Shown in pieces: positions 46,665 to 56,189 of a stretch of 63,566 nt of DNA (position 1 is the stretch's first letter; each line of letters begins with the position of its first letter). Source of the stretch: Clostridia bacterium (lineage in GTDB: Bacteria > Bacillota > Clostridia > Christensenellales > CAG-138); assembly GCA_017451295.1 (NCBI GenBank), contig JAFSPW010000049.1, forward strand, positions 1 to 63,566, in the 5' to 3' direction. The notes under the pieces were generated by a model. That model did not search any database and was not told the DNA's origin. It worked only from the letters and a program-made list of their open reading frames with translations. A program made the translations under genes and the position numbers.

Positions 46665-46797
46665 GAAAGGGCTGTTAAAAGAGTCCTGTCATCCCGAGCG
46701 TAGCCGAGGGATCTAAGAAACACTTGCGTGAATCTTAGATTTCTCCACTCGCTTTGCTCGGTCGAAATGACAATTTGACTTTTTTAACAGCCCTTTC
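46665..46797. mobile_element. MITE/REP-like palindromic element
   Basis: 21-bp terminal IRs GAAAGGGCTGTTAAAAGAGTC / GACTTTTTTAACAGCCCTTTC (1 mismatch) around TGTCATCCCGAGCG..GGATCT...AGATTTCTCC..CGAAATGACA. Confidence 0.7.
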
Positions 46798-46851
46798 TTT
46801 TCAACAGGCTTCCCCTGCGGTATACTATGGTAGGTAATTTAGGAGGTTGTC

Positions 46852-49176
46852 ATGCTTCTTTCCATCGTATATATGCTTTTCTATGCGGTCTGCGGCCTGA
46901 TTTTAGGGCTGCGGCTGCCCGTTGTATCTTCCTCCCTCAGCCGCCGCGTGTGGCTGGGACTCGTGCTGGGGCTCTTTGGCAGCATCTGGTGCCCGAGCCT
47001 GTTTAGCTTTTTGCTGGGCCGCTTTGCCGCCCTGAGCCATGTTTTGGGCGCCCTGGCGATGGCCGCCCTGACTGCCGCCGCCCTGTTCTTTTTTCCAAGG
47101 CAAAGGCTATGGCTGGACAAAAGCACCCTCTACTCGCTGCTCTGGCTATTGCCCCTGTTTATAATCGGTGCCGGTCTTTTCTCCACCCACATCCTTGAAC
47201 CCAAGGCGGACGGGGTCTATGTGGGCCAGACCACCTATGGGGACCTGGCGATGCACCTCGGCTTTATCACCAGCCTTGGCACCCAGGGCACCTTCCCGCC
47301 GGAGTACAGCATCTTCCCCGGCCATGCGGTAAACTACCCCTTCTTGTGCGAGGTCCCGAGCGCGAGTCTGTATATGATGGGCTGTCCGCTGCGCTGGGCG
47401 TATCTTATCCCGGCCCTGTACGCCTATGTGCTGGTGCTGCTCGGGGTATACTTTACGGCAAGAGCCATTCTCAAGGGCACCCGGGCAACGCTCCTTGCGG
47501 TATACCTGTTCTTCATCGGCGGGGGCTTCGGCTTTGCCTACTTCCTCGACGGGCTAAAGGGCGCTTCCACGGTCGCAAAGCTCATCAACGAAGGCTTTGC
47601 CACCAACCTTTCCGCCCTGCTCAACGGCTTCTATGTGACCCCCACCAACCTGCCCCGCATCGGGCTTCGGTGGGTGAACCCCATTGTGGACATGCTCATC
47701 CCCCAGCGGGCCACCCTCTTTGGCTGGGCGTTTGTGTTCCCCTGCCTGTATCTGTTGCTGCGGTTCACCTTTGAAAGGGATAGTAAGGCCCTGTGGCTGC
47801 TCATCCCCCTTTCGGGCGGCCTGCCCCTTATCCACACGCATTCCTTCCTCGCGCTGGGCATCGTGAGCGGCGTATACTGCCTGATGGATGTATTCCGCCG
47901 GTTCGAGAAAAAGCGGCTAATCAACTGGGCCATCTACGGCCTTGCCGCCATCCTCCTCGCCGCCCCGCAGCTGTTTGCCTTCGCCTTCCGTCAGGCCGGG
48001 GAAAGCGGCATGGTTCAGCTCCATTTCAACTGGGCCAACGAGTTTGACGGCTTTCTCTGGTTCTACGTCAAAAACCTGGGCTGGCTGTTTTTGCTGCTGC
48101 CGTTTGCGCTGCTGCTGCTTAGCCGCAGGTACCGGCATATGGCCGCCGGGTTCCTGGTGCTCTGGCTACTCTCGGAACTGGTCATCTTCCAGCCCAACAC
48201 CTACGACAACAACAAGCTCATCTTCCTTAGCTTCTTCTGCCTGTGCGTGCTGAGCGCTAAGCTCCTTACCTTGCTCTTCTCCCGGCTAAATGTAGCCATC
48301 GGCGGCACAAACGCCCAGCGAGCCGCCGCCCTGCATACCATCAGCCTCGTGCTGCTTTGCGGCATATCGGTGTTCCTTCTCTCCGGCTTTAAGGGGCGCT
48401 ATATGGACCAAATCTATTGGACCCAGGCGGGGATTTTGACCGTGGTCTTCTGCCTGCTGCTGCTCCTGTACTGCCAGTTGCGGCTGCTTATTACCGGCGT
48501 TCACCTGCCCCAAGCGCTGCTTACCGGCGCCTTAGGCTTTTGCGCGCTAAGTTACCTACTCTACCGCCTCTATACGAGCCCGGAGGAAACGACCCTGTCG
48601 GTCTCTGTCTACTTTGGCATCGGCTGCGTGCTCCTTACTGTGGGGCTGCTGGTACTGCATGCCCTTCCGCTGCTTAAGACAAAGCGCTGGCCCAGGGCCG
48701 GGGCGTATCTCTCCGCCACTTTGCTGAGCTTCCTTTTGGGCTTCTCCCTGTTCCTCTCAGGGCCATTGACCATTTTGCGGGAGATGAAGAGCTCCTATCG
48801 CATGTTCGGCAACGAGGATTTAGCCGCCGCCGCCTTTATTAAGGAGCAGACGGAGCCCGACGCCCTGTTCCTGACGGACGACAGCTGGCACCTGAACCCC
48901 GTGTCCGTGCTCACCGGCCGCAGTATCCTCTGCGGGCCGGATCTGTTCCTCTACTATCACGGCATCGACACCTACGCCCGGCACCAGCAGGTGGCCATGA
49001 TGCTCGATGCCCCCGGGGAGAACGAAGACCTGTTTCGGCAGTATGGCGTACAGTATGTATACATCGGCAACTCCGAGCGCAGCAACCACCGGCCGGACGA
49101 GGCCTGGTTCGCTGCCCACGCAGAGTGTATCTATGACCAAGACGGCATCCGCATCTATGCCCTGGGGGATGTATGA
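46852..49176 (+). CDS. Large polytopic membrane protein, probable GT-C-fold glycosyltransferase
   Basis: More than 15 TM helices, GDLAMHL and NYPF loop motifs, PQRA.LFG, C-terminal soluble LTGRS..YGVQYVYIG domain. Confidence 0.65.
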   Translation: MLLSIVYMLFYAVCGLILGLRLPVVSSSLSRRVWLGLVLGLFGSIWCPSLFSFLLGRFAALSHVLGALAMAALTAAALFFFPRQRLWLDKSTLYSLLWLLPLFIIGAGLFSTHILEPKADGVYVGQTTYGDLAMHLGFITSLGTQGTFPPEYSIFPGHAVNYPFLCEVPSASLYMMGCPLRWAYLIPALYAYVLVLLGVYFTARAILKGTRATLLAVYLFFIGGGFGFAYFLDGLKGASTVAKLINEGFATNLSALLNGFYVTPTNLPRIGLRWVNPIVDMLIPQRATLFGWAFVFPCLYLLLRFTFERDSKALWLLIPLSGGLPLIHTHSFLALGIVSGVYCLMDVFRRFEKKRLINWAIYGLAAILLAAPQLFAFAFRQAGESGMVQLHFNWANEFDGFLWFYVKNLGWLFLLLPFALLLLSRRYRHMAAGFLVLWLLSELVIFQPNTYDNNKLIFLSFFCLCVLSAKLLTLLFSRLNVAIGGTNAQRAAALHTISLVLLCGISVFLLSGFKGRYMDQIYWTQAGILTVVFCLLLLLYCQLRLLITGVHLPQALLTGALGFCALSYLLYRLYTSPEETTLSVSVYFGIGCVLLTVGLLVLHALPLLKTKRWPRAGAYLSATLLSFLLGFSLFLSGPLTILREMKSSYRMFGNEDLAAAAFIKEQTEPDALFLTDDSWHLNPVSVLTGRSILCGPDLFLYYHGIDTYARHQQVAMMLDAPGENEDLFRQYGVQYVYIGNSERSNHRPDEAWFAAHAECIYDQDGIRIYALGDV

Positions 49177-50096
49177 ACCGGCTGCTTCGCTTTCTGATAC
49201 CCTGCGCGATGCTCCTTTTCGCTGTTTGCCTTGCCATAACCCCTCATACGAAAGCGCCATCAACTACGCCGCTACTGCAGGGCGTAGAGCGCATGGAAGC
49301 GGGGGACTATGCCGCCGCCCGTGCCATTTTGGAAGAGGCCCTGGAGCAGCAGCCACAGGACGCCGCCTTGCAGGCCGCCCTTGCCGACTGCCTGTTTTTG
49401 GAGCAGGAGCAGGCTCAAAGGGAGCTCGAACAGGAGCTAATGGCGCTCAGCTTCCCCGCCGCTTTGGAGAAAATAAACAAGCTGAAAGCAGCCGACCCAA
49501 AATCGGTAAGGCTCACCTATCTTGAGCAGCAGACCCGCCGCCGGTATGAAGAGGAAACGCTGCAAAACGCCCTGTCCCTTTGCGACCGGGAAGCCTATGC
49601 TGAGGCTCTGTCGCTGCTAAACGAAGCGTTGACCTTTCTCGATTCTAAGCCTCTTAGGGACATGGAGGCCTATGTGCAAAGCTCCTATCCGCATCCCCTT
49701 TTGGCTCTCGGTCTCATGCCGGCCCCGGGGCTTACACTCGTGCCCTCGGAGGCGTATGGGCCGTTTAGTCTCCCACAGGGCTATGTGGAGGCGGACCTTC
49801 ACGGGGCATACGCGCGCTTTACCGCCACCCTTTGGATGCCGGAAGATATGCAGCCCACGGCCTTTCAAACCGGGGCAAGGCTCAGTATTTATGCTGACGG
49901 GGAGCTTCTGCAAGAGCATACCCTAAGCGAAGCGGAAAGAGGCCCCATTGAGCTCGATGTAGATATGACCGGGGTACAAACCCTGCGCCTAAGCTGGACG
50001 AGCCTCGGCGCGAACGGGCAAAAAAACTGGGGGCAGATGGCCACCCTAAACAATCCTCTCTTGCATCCGGTGCCTCTGCCCAAGCCCAGTATATAA
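49173..50096 (+). CDS. Secreted TPR plus NPCBM/NEW2-like domain protein
   Basis: Signal anchor, TPR-like helices, L.GAYARFTATL...IYADGELL...LDVDMTGVQTLRL. Confidence 0.65.
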   Translation: MNRLLRFLIPCAMLLFAVCLAITPHTKAPSTTPLLQGVERMEAGDYAAARAILEEALEQQPQDAALQAALADCLFLEQEQAQRELEQELMALSFPAALEKINKLKAADPKSVRLTYLEQQTRRRYEEETLQNALSLCDREAYAEALSLLNEALTFLDSKPLRDMEAYVQSSYPHPLLALGLMPAPGLTLVPSEAYGPFSLPQGYVEADLHGAYARFTATLWMPEDMQPTAFQTGARLSIYADGELLQEHTLSEAERGPIELDVDMTGVQTLRLSWTSLGANGQKNWGQMATLNNPLLHPVPLPKPSI

Positions 50097-50102
50097 TTCT
50101 TC

Positions 50103-52121
50103 TTAAAATCTTAATATTTCGAGCTTGTTTTCCCTTTGCAGCCGGGGCTGTTTTTTCTGCTCTATCAGCCGGGGCTGGTTCGTCTGGGGCTGGGCCTTCT
50201 CCTGCGGATGCACGGGCGCAAAGGCACGGGTGCCGTCGTTTGAAAGGAGCACGCCGCGTTGGGGCCGCCTAAAGGCCTTTGTCCCTTCATCCCCTTTGGG
50301 AGCAAAGACAGCCGTGTCCCCCTCGGCCTCCGCCTCCCTTTGGGGAACTGGCCCAAAAGCCGCCGTATCCCCCTCGGGGTTCTGTTTAGGGGCTCTCTGC
50401 TCCTCCGTCTCCATCCCCTGCCCGTACCGTAGGCGAATGGGCCGGGTATAGCCAAACTGGGCATGGACGGGGTCTATGTCCTCCCTGTCCTCCCGCTTCA
50501 CGAGCCGCCCGCTCACCGGGTCCTCCCTGAGGGCGGGGAGCTGCTCAAGAACGTTCTCCTCCGCCACATAAAAGAGGATGGACAGCAGCAGGAACAGCCC
50601 CATGAGCACGAGAGCAGCCACCGTCACCCGGCGAAAGAGGGTCGCATAGCGCTCGGTATCATAGATGGTGCCGGTCGTGTCGATGGTGGTGCCGGGCCGA
50701 ATCTGGGGCTGTGCCGTGGCCTGGGGCGCCATGAGGCTCGACAGATCCAGGCTCATGGGCACGGTGGCGTACTGGGTTTGGGCCGGGTCCTGGGCCGTGA
50801 GCACGAACGTGAGGCTCCTCGTGCCCTCCGGCAGAACCAGCTCCTTTTCAAAGCTGGTGGTGCCGGTGCTCAGGGTCTCGTACTCGTTCACCACGCCTTT
50901 ATAGTAGTCCCCCTCGGTAATCACCGCCTGGGTGATGGGCACCTGGGACCGGTTCTCGATTTCAAAGAGCACCTTAAGCTGCCAGCTGCCGTCGCCCAGT
51001 TGTGCATGGTCCCTCAGCACCACGGACAGGCGAATATCCACCTGATCCGAGGACACAAAGGGCAGCACCGGGTAGCTTTGGGGGCTGTGCACCGTGCAGT
51101 CTGCCCCGAGGGCATCCTTGCCCTTTGCCGTGAAGGAGATATTCCGCAGCTGCCCCGCCGCCACCGCCGAAGGCACCGTGCAGGAAAGGGTCCGGCTCTC
51201 CCCCGCGTTGAGGCTGGGAACCTCGCCGATGCGGGTGCCGATTTCATCCGTCAGCACGAGGTTCGTCACCGGGTGGGTCCCGGCGTTTGTGAGCGTGATC
51301 TGAAACAGCGTCCCCTCCTTTGTGGCGGGATACTGCTCCACCTCCATCTGTACCTCCGTTTTTAGCGCCGCCACCGTAAAGGCGGTCTCGAGTTTCACCT
51401 CGGATTCAAGCCCCCGCACCGTATACTTTGCCAGAGGCTGCAGGGTGAGTCCCCCCTCCTTCATGGTAAGCTCTGCAGAAACGCTCATCTGCTGCCCCGC
51501 AAGCAGCGTATCCTTCTCAAGCGGAATGCCCACAAGCCCCGAGCCCGCGTCCTGCAGGGTGATATTGGTCATGTCAAACTTCGTATCGTTTTTTAGCGTA
51601 TAGGTCACAGAGAACCCGTCCCCCTCGCGCACCAGCGGCGTGTCCGTGGCGACTAAAAGGGTCAGTACCGGCTCGATAAACCGCTCCACCGTCGCGGATA
51701 CACTCAAACTGTGGTCGGTGACGATGGGGTTTTCCCGGTTGACATCCTCGGCAATATAGGTAAACAGCTGCCAGGAGAGGGTGAAGGCAAGGGGCCTATC
51801 AAAGTCCCCCTCCCCGATGAACACGTTCTCGAGCGTAAATTCGAGCACATCGTTCCCGGGGATGGTCACCTGCTCAGAGATGAGCTTCGGCTCCGAAAGT
51901 ACGTCCCCGCTTAAGCTCAGGTTCTCGGCCGTATACGGCTCGTCCAGGGTGTTTTTGAGCGTGAAGCGGAAGAAGCTCATCTCCCCCGGGGCACTCAGCA
52001 GGCACTCCGGGTCCGTCTCCACCTGTGCCGTCAGCGGCTCCGTCGCAGAATAGGCGGGCATGGCCCAGCTCATTAGGCTCAGGCACAGGGCCAAAATAAG
52101 TGCAATTCTCCTATTTTTCAC
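50103..52121 (-). CDS. Surface protein with Ig-like (DUF11-like) repeats and a C-terminal TM helix
   Basis: Signal peptide, repeated F/Y.L.N.G...TN..L.D beta motifs, TM helix then a disordered tail. GTG start approximate. Confidence 0.65.
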   Translation of the reverse strand: MKNRRIALILALCLSLMSWAMPAYSATEPLTAQVETDPECLLSAPGEMSFFRFTLKNTLDEPYTAENLSLSGDVLSEPKLISEQVTIPGNDVLEFTLENVFIGEGDFDRPLAFTLSWQLFTYIAEDVNRENPIVTDHSLSVSATVERFIEPVLTLLVATDTPLVREGDGFSVTYTLKNDTKFDMTNITLQDAGSGLVGIPLEKDTLLAGQQMSVSAELTMKEGGLTLQPLAKYTVRGLESEVKLETAFTVAALKTEVQMEVEQYPATKEGTLFQITLTNAGTHPVTNLVLTDEIGTRIGEVPSLNAGESRTLSCTVPSAVAAGQLRNISFTAKGKDALGADCTVHSPQSYPVLPFVSSDQVDIRLSVVLRDHAQLGDGSWQLKVLFEIENRSQVPITQAVITEGDYYKGVVNEYETLSTGTTSFEKELVLPEGTRSLTFVLTAQDPAQTQYATVPMSLDLSSLMAPQATAQPQIRPGTTIDTTGTIYDTERYATLFRRVTVAALVLMGLFLLLSILFYVAEENVLEQLPALREDPVSGRLVKREDREDIDPVHAQFGYTRPIRLRYGQGMETEEQRAPKQNPEGDTAAFGPVPQREAEAEGDTAVFAPKGDEGTKAFRRPQRGVLLSNDGTRAFAPVHPQEKAQPQTNQPRLIEQKKQPRLQRENKLEILRF

Positions 52122-52752
52122 GAATATCCTCCGGCCGATACTCCCGGCCCACCACCTTGCCGGTAAGGGTCCCCCGGCTAAGGTCAAACAGGGCGTCCCT
52201 GAGCCTTTGACTGCCTCTGCTGTCAACCGCCACCTTACAGTAGACCGCCTCCCTGTACTCGGCCTCTACCTTCGCCCCCCGGCGCATAAGCTCCTGTTCA
52301 AACCGTGCCCACTGCTCATAGGGGACGGTGTAGTCGATGAGGTCGCAGGGCACCATCTCTACGGGTCCGGCGGCGGCAATAGCCTGAGCACAGGCCTTGG
52401 AATACGCCCGCACGAGCCCGCCGGTGCCGAGCAGCACGCCGCCAAAGTAGCGGGTCACCACGACTAAAACATCCGTCACCCCGGCCCCTCGTAGGGCCTC
52501 CATCATGGGCAGGCCCGCCGTGCCGCCCGGCTCCCCGTCGTCGCTAAAGCGGGCAATCTCCCCCTTCTTGCCCAAGGAATAGGCATAGCAATGGTGCCGG
52601 GCGTCCCAATACTGCTTCCTTAGCGCGGCCAGATATTCGCCGACCTCGCTCTCCCGGGCAAGGGGATAGCAGTTGCCGATGAATTTGGACTTGTTTATCT
52701 CCAGCATACAGCTGCCGGCGCCCTTCACCGTGCGATAGGTCTCATCGGCCAT
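52111..52752 (-). CDS. YigZ/IMPACT family protein
   Basis: KSKFIG, DARHHCYAY, SDDGEPGGTAG, VVTRYFGGVLLGTGGLVRAY. Confidence 0.92.
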   Translation of the reverse strand: MADETYRTVKGAGSCMLEINKSKFIGNCYPLARESEVGEYLAALRKQYWDARHHCYAYSLGKKGEIARFSDDGEPGGTAGLPMMEALRGAGVTDVLVVVTRYFGGVLLGTGGLVRAYSKACAQAIAAAGPVEMVPCDLIDYTVPYEQWARFEQELMRRGAKVEAEYREAVYCKVAVDSRGSQRLRDALFDLSRGTLTGKVVGREYRPEDIREK

Positions 52753-52773
52753 GGGGGTAGGTGCTTCCTTTCT

Positions 52774-53946
52774 TTATCTTAGCTTCTCCAGAAAAGTGCT
52801 GATGGCGGTACGCTTCACCTTCATGGCGCCCACGGGGCAAAACTCCTGGCAGCAAAAGCAGCGAATGCAGACGGAATAGTCCACCTTCGGCTTGCCGTCC
52901 ACCATGGCAATCGCCCGGGCGGGGCAAACATTCGCGCACTGCTTGCAGCCGATGCAGCTATTATCCTCCGCCTTCGGCCTTGGCTGCATGGCCGCCTTGA
53001 TGACGGCGCCGGTCAGCTTCCCCACAAGGCTCCGGTTGTCCCCCCGAAAGAGCAGATCCCGCCGCTCGATGACGGTCTGAAAGTCCGGGCAGATAAAGTC
53101 TTGCCAGCCCTCGCTGATGCTCAGCTCCTCAGCGGTATCGGGAATCAGCCCCCGTTCGTAGGCCGCCTGCAGCGTGGGCACATCCTTTCGATTAAGGCCG
53201 ATAAGGTTCGAGAGCACCAAATCGAGCTTGTGCGGCGATTGCGAGGCCGCCACCAGCCCCATAAACCGGGGCGTTCCCTGGGAGGGGCCGTTGCCCTCCA
53301 TGGCCATGACCCCGTCGCAGATGGTGAGCACCGGGTGAAAATAGCTATCAAGGTCCACGAGCATCCTCGCAAAGTCTTCCGGGTTGGGGTAGCGATAGTG
53401 ATACTCGGGCTTGTCCGTGCCGGGAATGGCGCCGAACATGTTCTTGGCACCCCCGGTCATGCCCATCATGCCGTGGGTCTTGAGCTTGCAAAAGTCGATG
53501 ATATAGTCGCAGTCGTCCAGATACGCCGTATACGTGAACCGGCGCATAACCTTCCCCTCGGGGTAGGTCCCCTCCTTGATCGCCGTGTTTTGGTTCAGCT
53601 TCGCCCCGGCGGCAAGGCAATCCGTCAGCCCCGTGGCGGCATAGACCCGCTTTAGGTATGGGAGTGAGAAGGGACCCCCGGGGCTGTCGCCGATGGTCAC
53701 CTCGGCGCCCCGGTCCCTAAGAAGCTCCGTGAGCGCACACAGCAGCGCCGGGTGGGTCGTCGCCGCCTTCTCGGGCTTAAGTAAGGTGAGTAGGTTCGCT
53801 TTTATCACCACCCTGTCCCCGGGCTTTATAAAGCTAAGCCCGCCGAGAGGCTCCAAAACCGCCTCTAAAGCCACCTTGCAGGCGGAGGGTTCGTAGCTTC
53901 GGCAGGGGACGAGGGACACATCTACGGGGCGTACAGCAGCTTTCAT
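52774..53946 (-). CDS. DUF362 domain protein with a C-terminal 2x[4Fe-4S] ferredoxin domain
   Basis: VVIKANL, TTHP, IGDSPG, KLKTH..TG.AKN.FG, EGNGPS.G; CIGCKQCANVCP and CIRCFCCQEFCP. Confidence 0.9.
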   Translation of the reverse strand: MKAAVRPVDVSLVPCRSYEPSACKVALEAVLEPLGGLSFIKPGDRVVIKANLLTLLKPEKAATTHPALLCALTELLRDRGAEVTIGDSPGGPFSLPYLKRVYAATGLTDCLAAGAKLNQNTAIKEGTYPEGKVMRRFTYTAYLDDCDYIIDFCKLKTHGMMGMTGGAKNMFGAIPGTDKPEYHYRYPNPEDFARMLVDLDSYFHPVLTICDGVMAMEGNGPSQGTPRFMGLVAASQSPHKLDLVLSNLIGLNRKDVPTLQAAYERGLIPDTAEELSISEGWQDFICPDFQTVIERRDLLFRGDNRSLVGKLTGAVIKAAMQPRPKAEDNSCIGCKQCANVCPARAIAMVDGKPKVDYSVCIRCFCCQEFCPVGAMKVKRTAISTFLEKLR

Positions 53947-53955
53947 GGCAGTTTG

Positions 53956-55311
53956 TTACAGGCCGATGATGACCTTGGCGATGGAGAAGAAGGTAAGGAG
54001 CGAGAGCGCATCCACGACCGTGGTAATGAACGGGCTCGCCATGACCGCCGGGTCAAAGCCGAGCTTCTTTGCAAACATCGGCAGCGTGCAGCCGATGAAC
54101 TTGGCGATTGTGACGGTGACCGTCAGCGTGATGGACACGGACAGGGACACGAGCAGCCCCACTCTGTCAAGCAGCATCAGCTTCAAAAAGCTGATAACTG
54201 CGAGACTGATGCCGCAGAGCACCGCCACCCGAATCTCCTTCCAGATGACGGTCAGGATGTCCCCAAAGTCGATTTCGTTTAGGGACAGACCCCGGATGAT
54301 GGTGACGGAAGCCTGGCTGCCGGAGTTGCCGCCGGTGTCCATGAGCATGGGGATATAGGCCGTGAGCACGAGCTGCGCCGCGAGCGCATTTTCAAAGCTC
54401 GTGATGATGAGCCCCGTGAAGGTGGCCGAGACCATCAGCAGCATCAACCAGGGGATACGGTGCTTGTAGATCTCCCACACGCCGGTCTTGAGGTACGGCT
54501 TATCGGAAGGCGTGATAGCGGCCATCTTCTCGATATCCTCCGTGGCCTCCTCTTCCATAACGTCCATGGCGTCGTCCACCGTGACCATGCCGACGAGCCG
54601 CCCCTCCCCGTCTACGACGGGCATGGCGGTGAGGTCGTACTTCTTAAACTTCTGGGCCACGGTCTCCTGATCGTCGAGCGTGTTCACGCTGATGACATTC
54701 GTGTCCATCACATCCGCCACGTGCTCGTCGTCCTGTGAAAGAATGAGCGTGCGGATGGACACGATGCCCATGAGGGTCCTATCCCCCCCGGTGACGAAGC
54801 AGTCGTTGATGGTCTCTTTTTCAAGGCCGGTCCGGCGAATGGTCTTTATGGCGTCCGCCACGGTGTAGGTGATGCCCAGCTCCACAAACTCCGTGGTCAT
54901 GATGCTGCCGGCGCTGTCCTCTGGGTAGTTCAATAGCTCGTTGATGAGCTTTCTCGTGTCCGGGTCCGCCTGGCTTAAAATGCGCTTGACGACGTTGGCG
55001 GGCATCTCCTCCACGAGGTCCACGGCATCGTCAATATACAGTTCGTCGATGACTTCCTTTAGCTCCGTATCCGAAAAGCGGGTGATGAGCAGCTGCTGCT
55101 GGTCCGCATCGAGCTCCGCAAACGTCTCTGCCGCGAGCTCCTTTGGCAGCAACCGAAACAGCAGCGGCAGCGCTTCGGGCGAAAGCTCCGCAAAAATTGC
55201 GGCAATATCCGCCGCATTCAAGGTCACAAGGATATCCTTGATGGTGGGATAGCGCTTGTGCTCTAAGAGGGATTGTATGGTGATTTCCAGCGAATAGGTT
55301 TTTTCCGACAT
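53956..55311 (-). CDS. mgtE: Magnesium transporter MgtE
   Basis: YPEDSAGSIMT CBS pair, PMLMDTGGNSGSQ, DPAVMASPFITTVVD. Confidence 0.95.
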   Translation of the reverse strand: MSEKTYSLEITIQSLLEHKRYPTIKDILVTLNAADIAAIFAELSPEALPLLFRLLPKELAAETFAELDADQQQLLITRFSDTELKEVIDELYIDDAVDLVEEMPANVVKRILSQADPDTRKLINELLNYPEDSAGSIMTTEFVELGITYTVADAIKTIRRTGLEKETINDCFVTGGDRTLMGIVSIRTLILSQDDEHVADVMDTNVISVNTLDDQETVAQKFKKYDLTAMPVVDGEGRLVGMVTVDDAMDVMEEEATEDIEKMAAITPSDKPYLKTGVWEIYKHRIPWLMLLMVSATFTGLIITSFENALAAQLVLTAYIPMLMDTGGNSGSQASVTIIRGLSLNEIDFGDILTVIWKEIRVAVLCGISLAVISFLKLMLLDRVGLLVSLSVSITLTVTVTIAKFIGCTLPMFAKKLGFDPAVMASPFITTVVDALSLLTFFSIAKVIIGL

Positions 55312-55375
55312 GGGCGGCCTCCTTCCTTTGGTGTTCTTTGGGAAAAACCAGAAGCGAGGCACAAAGAGGCATCGG

Positions 55376-55468
55376 TTATATGCGGCGGCACACCATGGCG
55401 TGTAGATGGTCTATGCTGCGTATATGGCCGGTTGATCCGCTTGTGCCGCTGCTACTGCCAGCATCCAT
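55376..55468 (-). CDS. Putative 30-aa leader peptide upstream of mgtE (MDAGSSSGTSGSTGHIRSIDHLHAMVCRRI)
   Basis: Strong GAGAGGTGA RBS 5 nt before ATG; lies between a TTGACA-18-TAAAAT promoter (55520-55549) and mgtE. Confidence 0.55.
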   Translation of the reverse strand: MDAGSSSGTSGSTGHIRSIDHLHAMVCRRI

Positions 55469-55676
55469 GGTGTTCACCTCTCTTTTTTGGAAATGTAGGG
55501 GACTTGCCCCATCCTAAAAATTTTACAACCTGGGCTTGCCCCTTGTCAACCATAAAATATCCCTCTGTCCGCTCTTAGCAATTATGAACGAATTATCGGA
55601 AACCGAGAGCCGCCGGGGCCTCTATACTTTTTTTAGCGGGCAACCACCGCCAAACATTTTATAGGAGGAAAAAAAT

Positions 55677-56189
55677 ATGAAACCCATCACCCTGTACACC
55701 GCCAACTGCCGGGAAAAGCCGTACAACACCGTCTACCCCATCAAACGAGAGATACGCACGCTAACCGATTTGCAGGAGGCCGCCCAATTTGACCAGGTCT
55801 TTGCCGCCTATCGGGGCAACCACCGCTCCATATCGGACTTTCTGTCTTCCGACTGCCTGCCCTTTGACCTTGACAACGACCATTCGGAGAAGGAAAGCGA
55901 GTGGAAGACCCCCAAAGATGTTGCAACCGCCTTTTCGGGCGTGCCGTTCTATGTTATCTACAGCCGCCACCATATGCAGCAGAAGGGAAAGTACGGCCCA
56001 AGGCCCCGCTTCCACGTTCTCTTCCCCATCGAGCCTGTCACCAATAGGGACGAGTATCGGGCGCTGAAGGAAGCGGTCCTTTCCTACTTCCCGTACTTTG
56101 ATACCGGCGCGAAGGACGCGGCCCGGTTTTTCTATGGCGTAAAGGACCCGGTGGTGGAAGTGTATGGAGGCGAAGCGAATGAATCTTAA
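55677..56189 (+). CDS. Phage-type primase N-terminal (prim-pol-like) domain as a separate ORF
   Basis: LYTANC..YP, DCLPFDLDNDHSE, YSRHH..K....RPRFHVLFP, FDTGAKDAARF; typical of clostridial prophage primase N-termini. Confidence 0.75.
   Translation: MKPITLYTANCREKPYNTVYPIKREIRTLTDLQEAAQFDQVFAAYRGNHRSISDFLSSDCLPFDLDNDHSEKESEWKTPKDVATAFSGVPFYVIYSRHHMQQKGKYGPRPRFHVLFPIEPVTNRDEYRALKEAVLSYFPYFDTGAKDAARFFYGVKDPVVEVYGGEANES

Noticed and set aside
45650-46723. N-terminal extension of the 546-aa ORF as an MntP fusion
   Set aside because: Antisense shadow of the degV-family gene; MntP has its own start at 45649.
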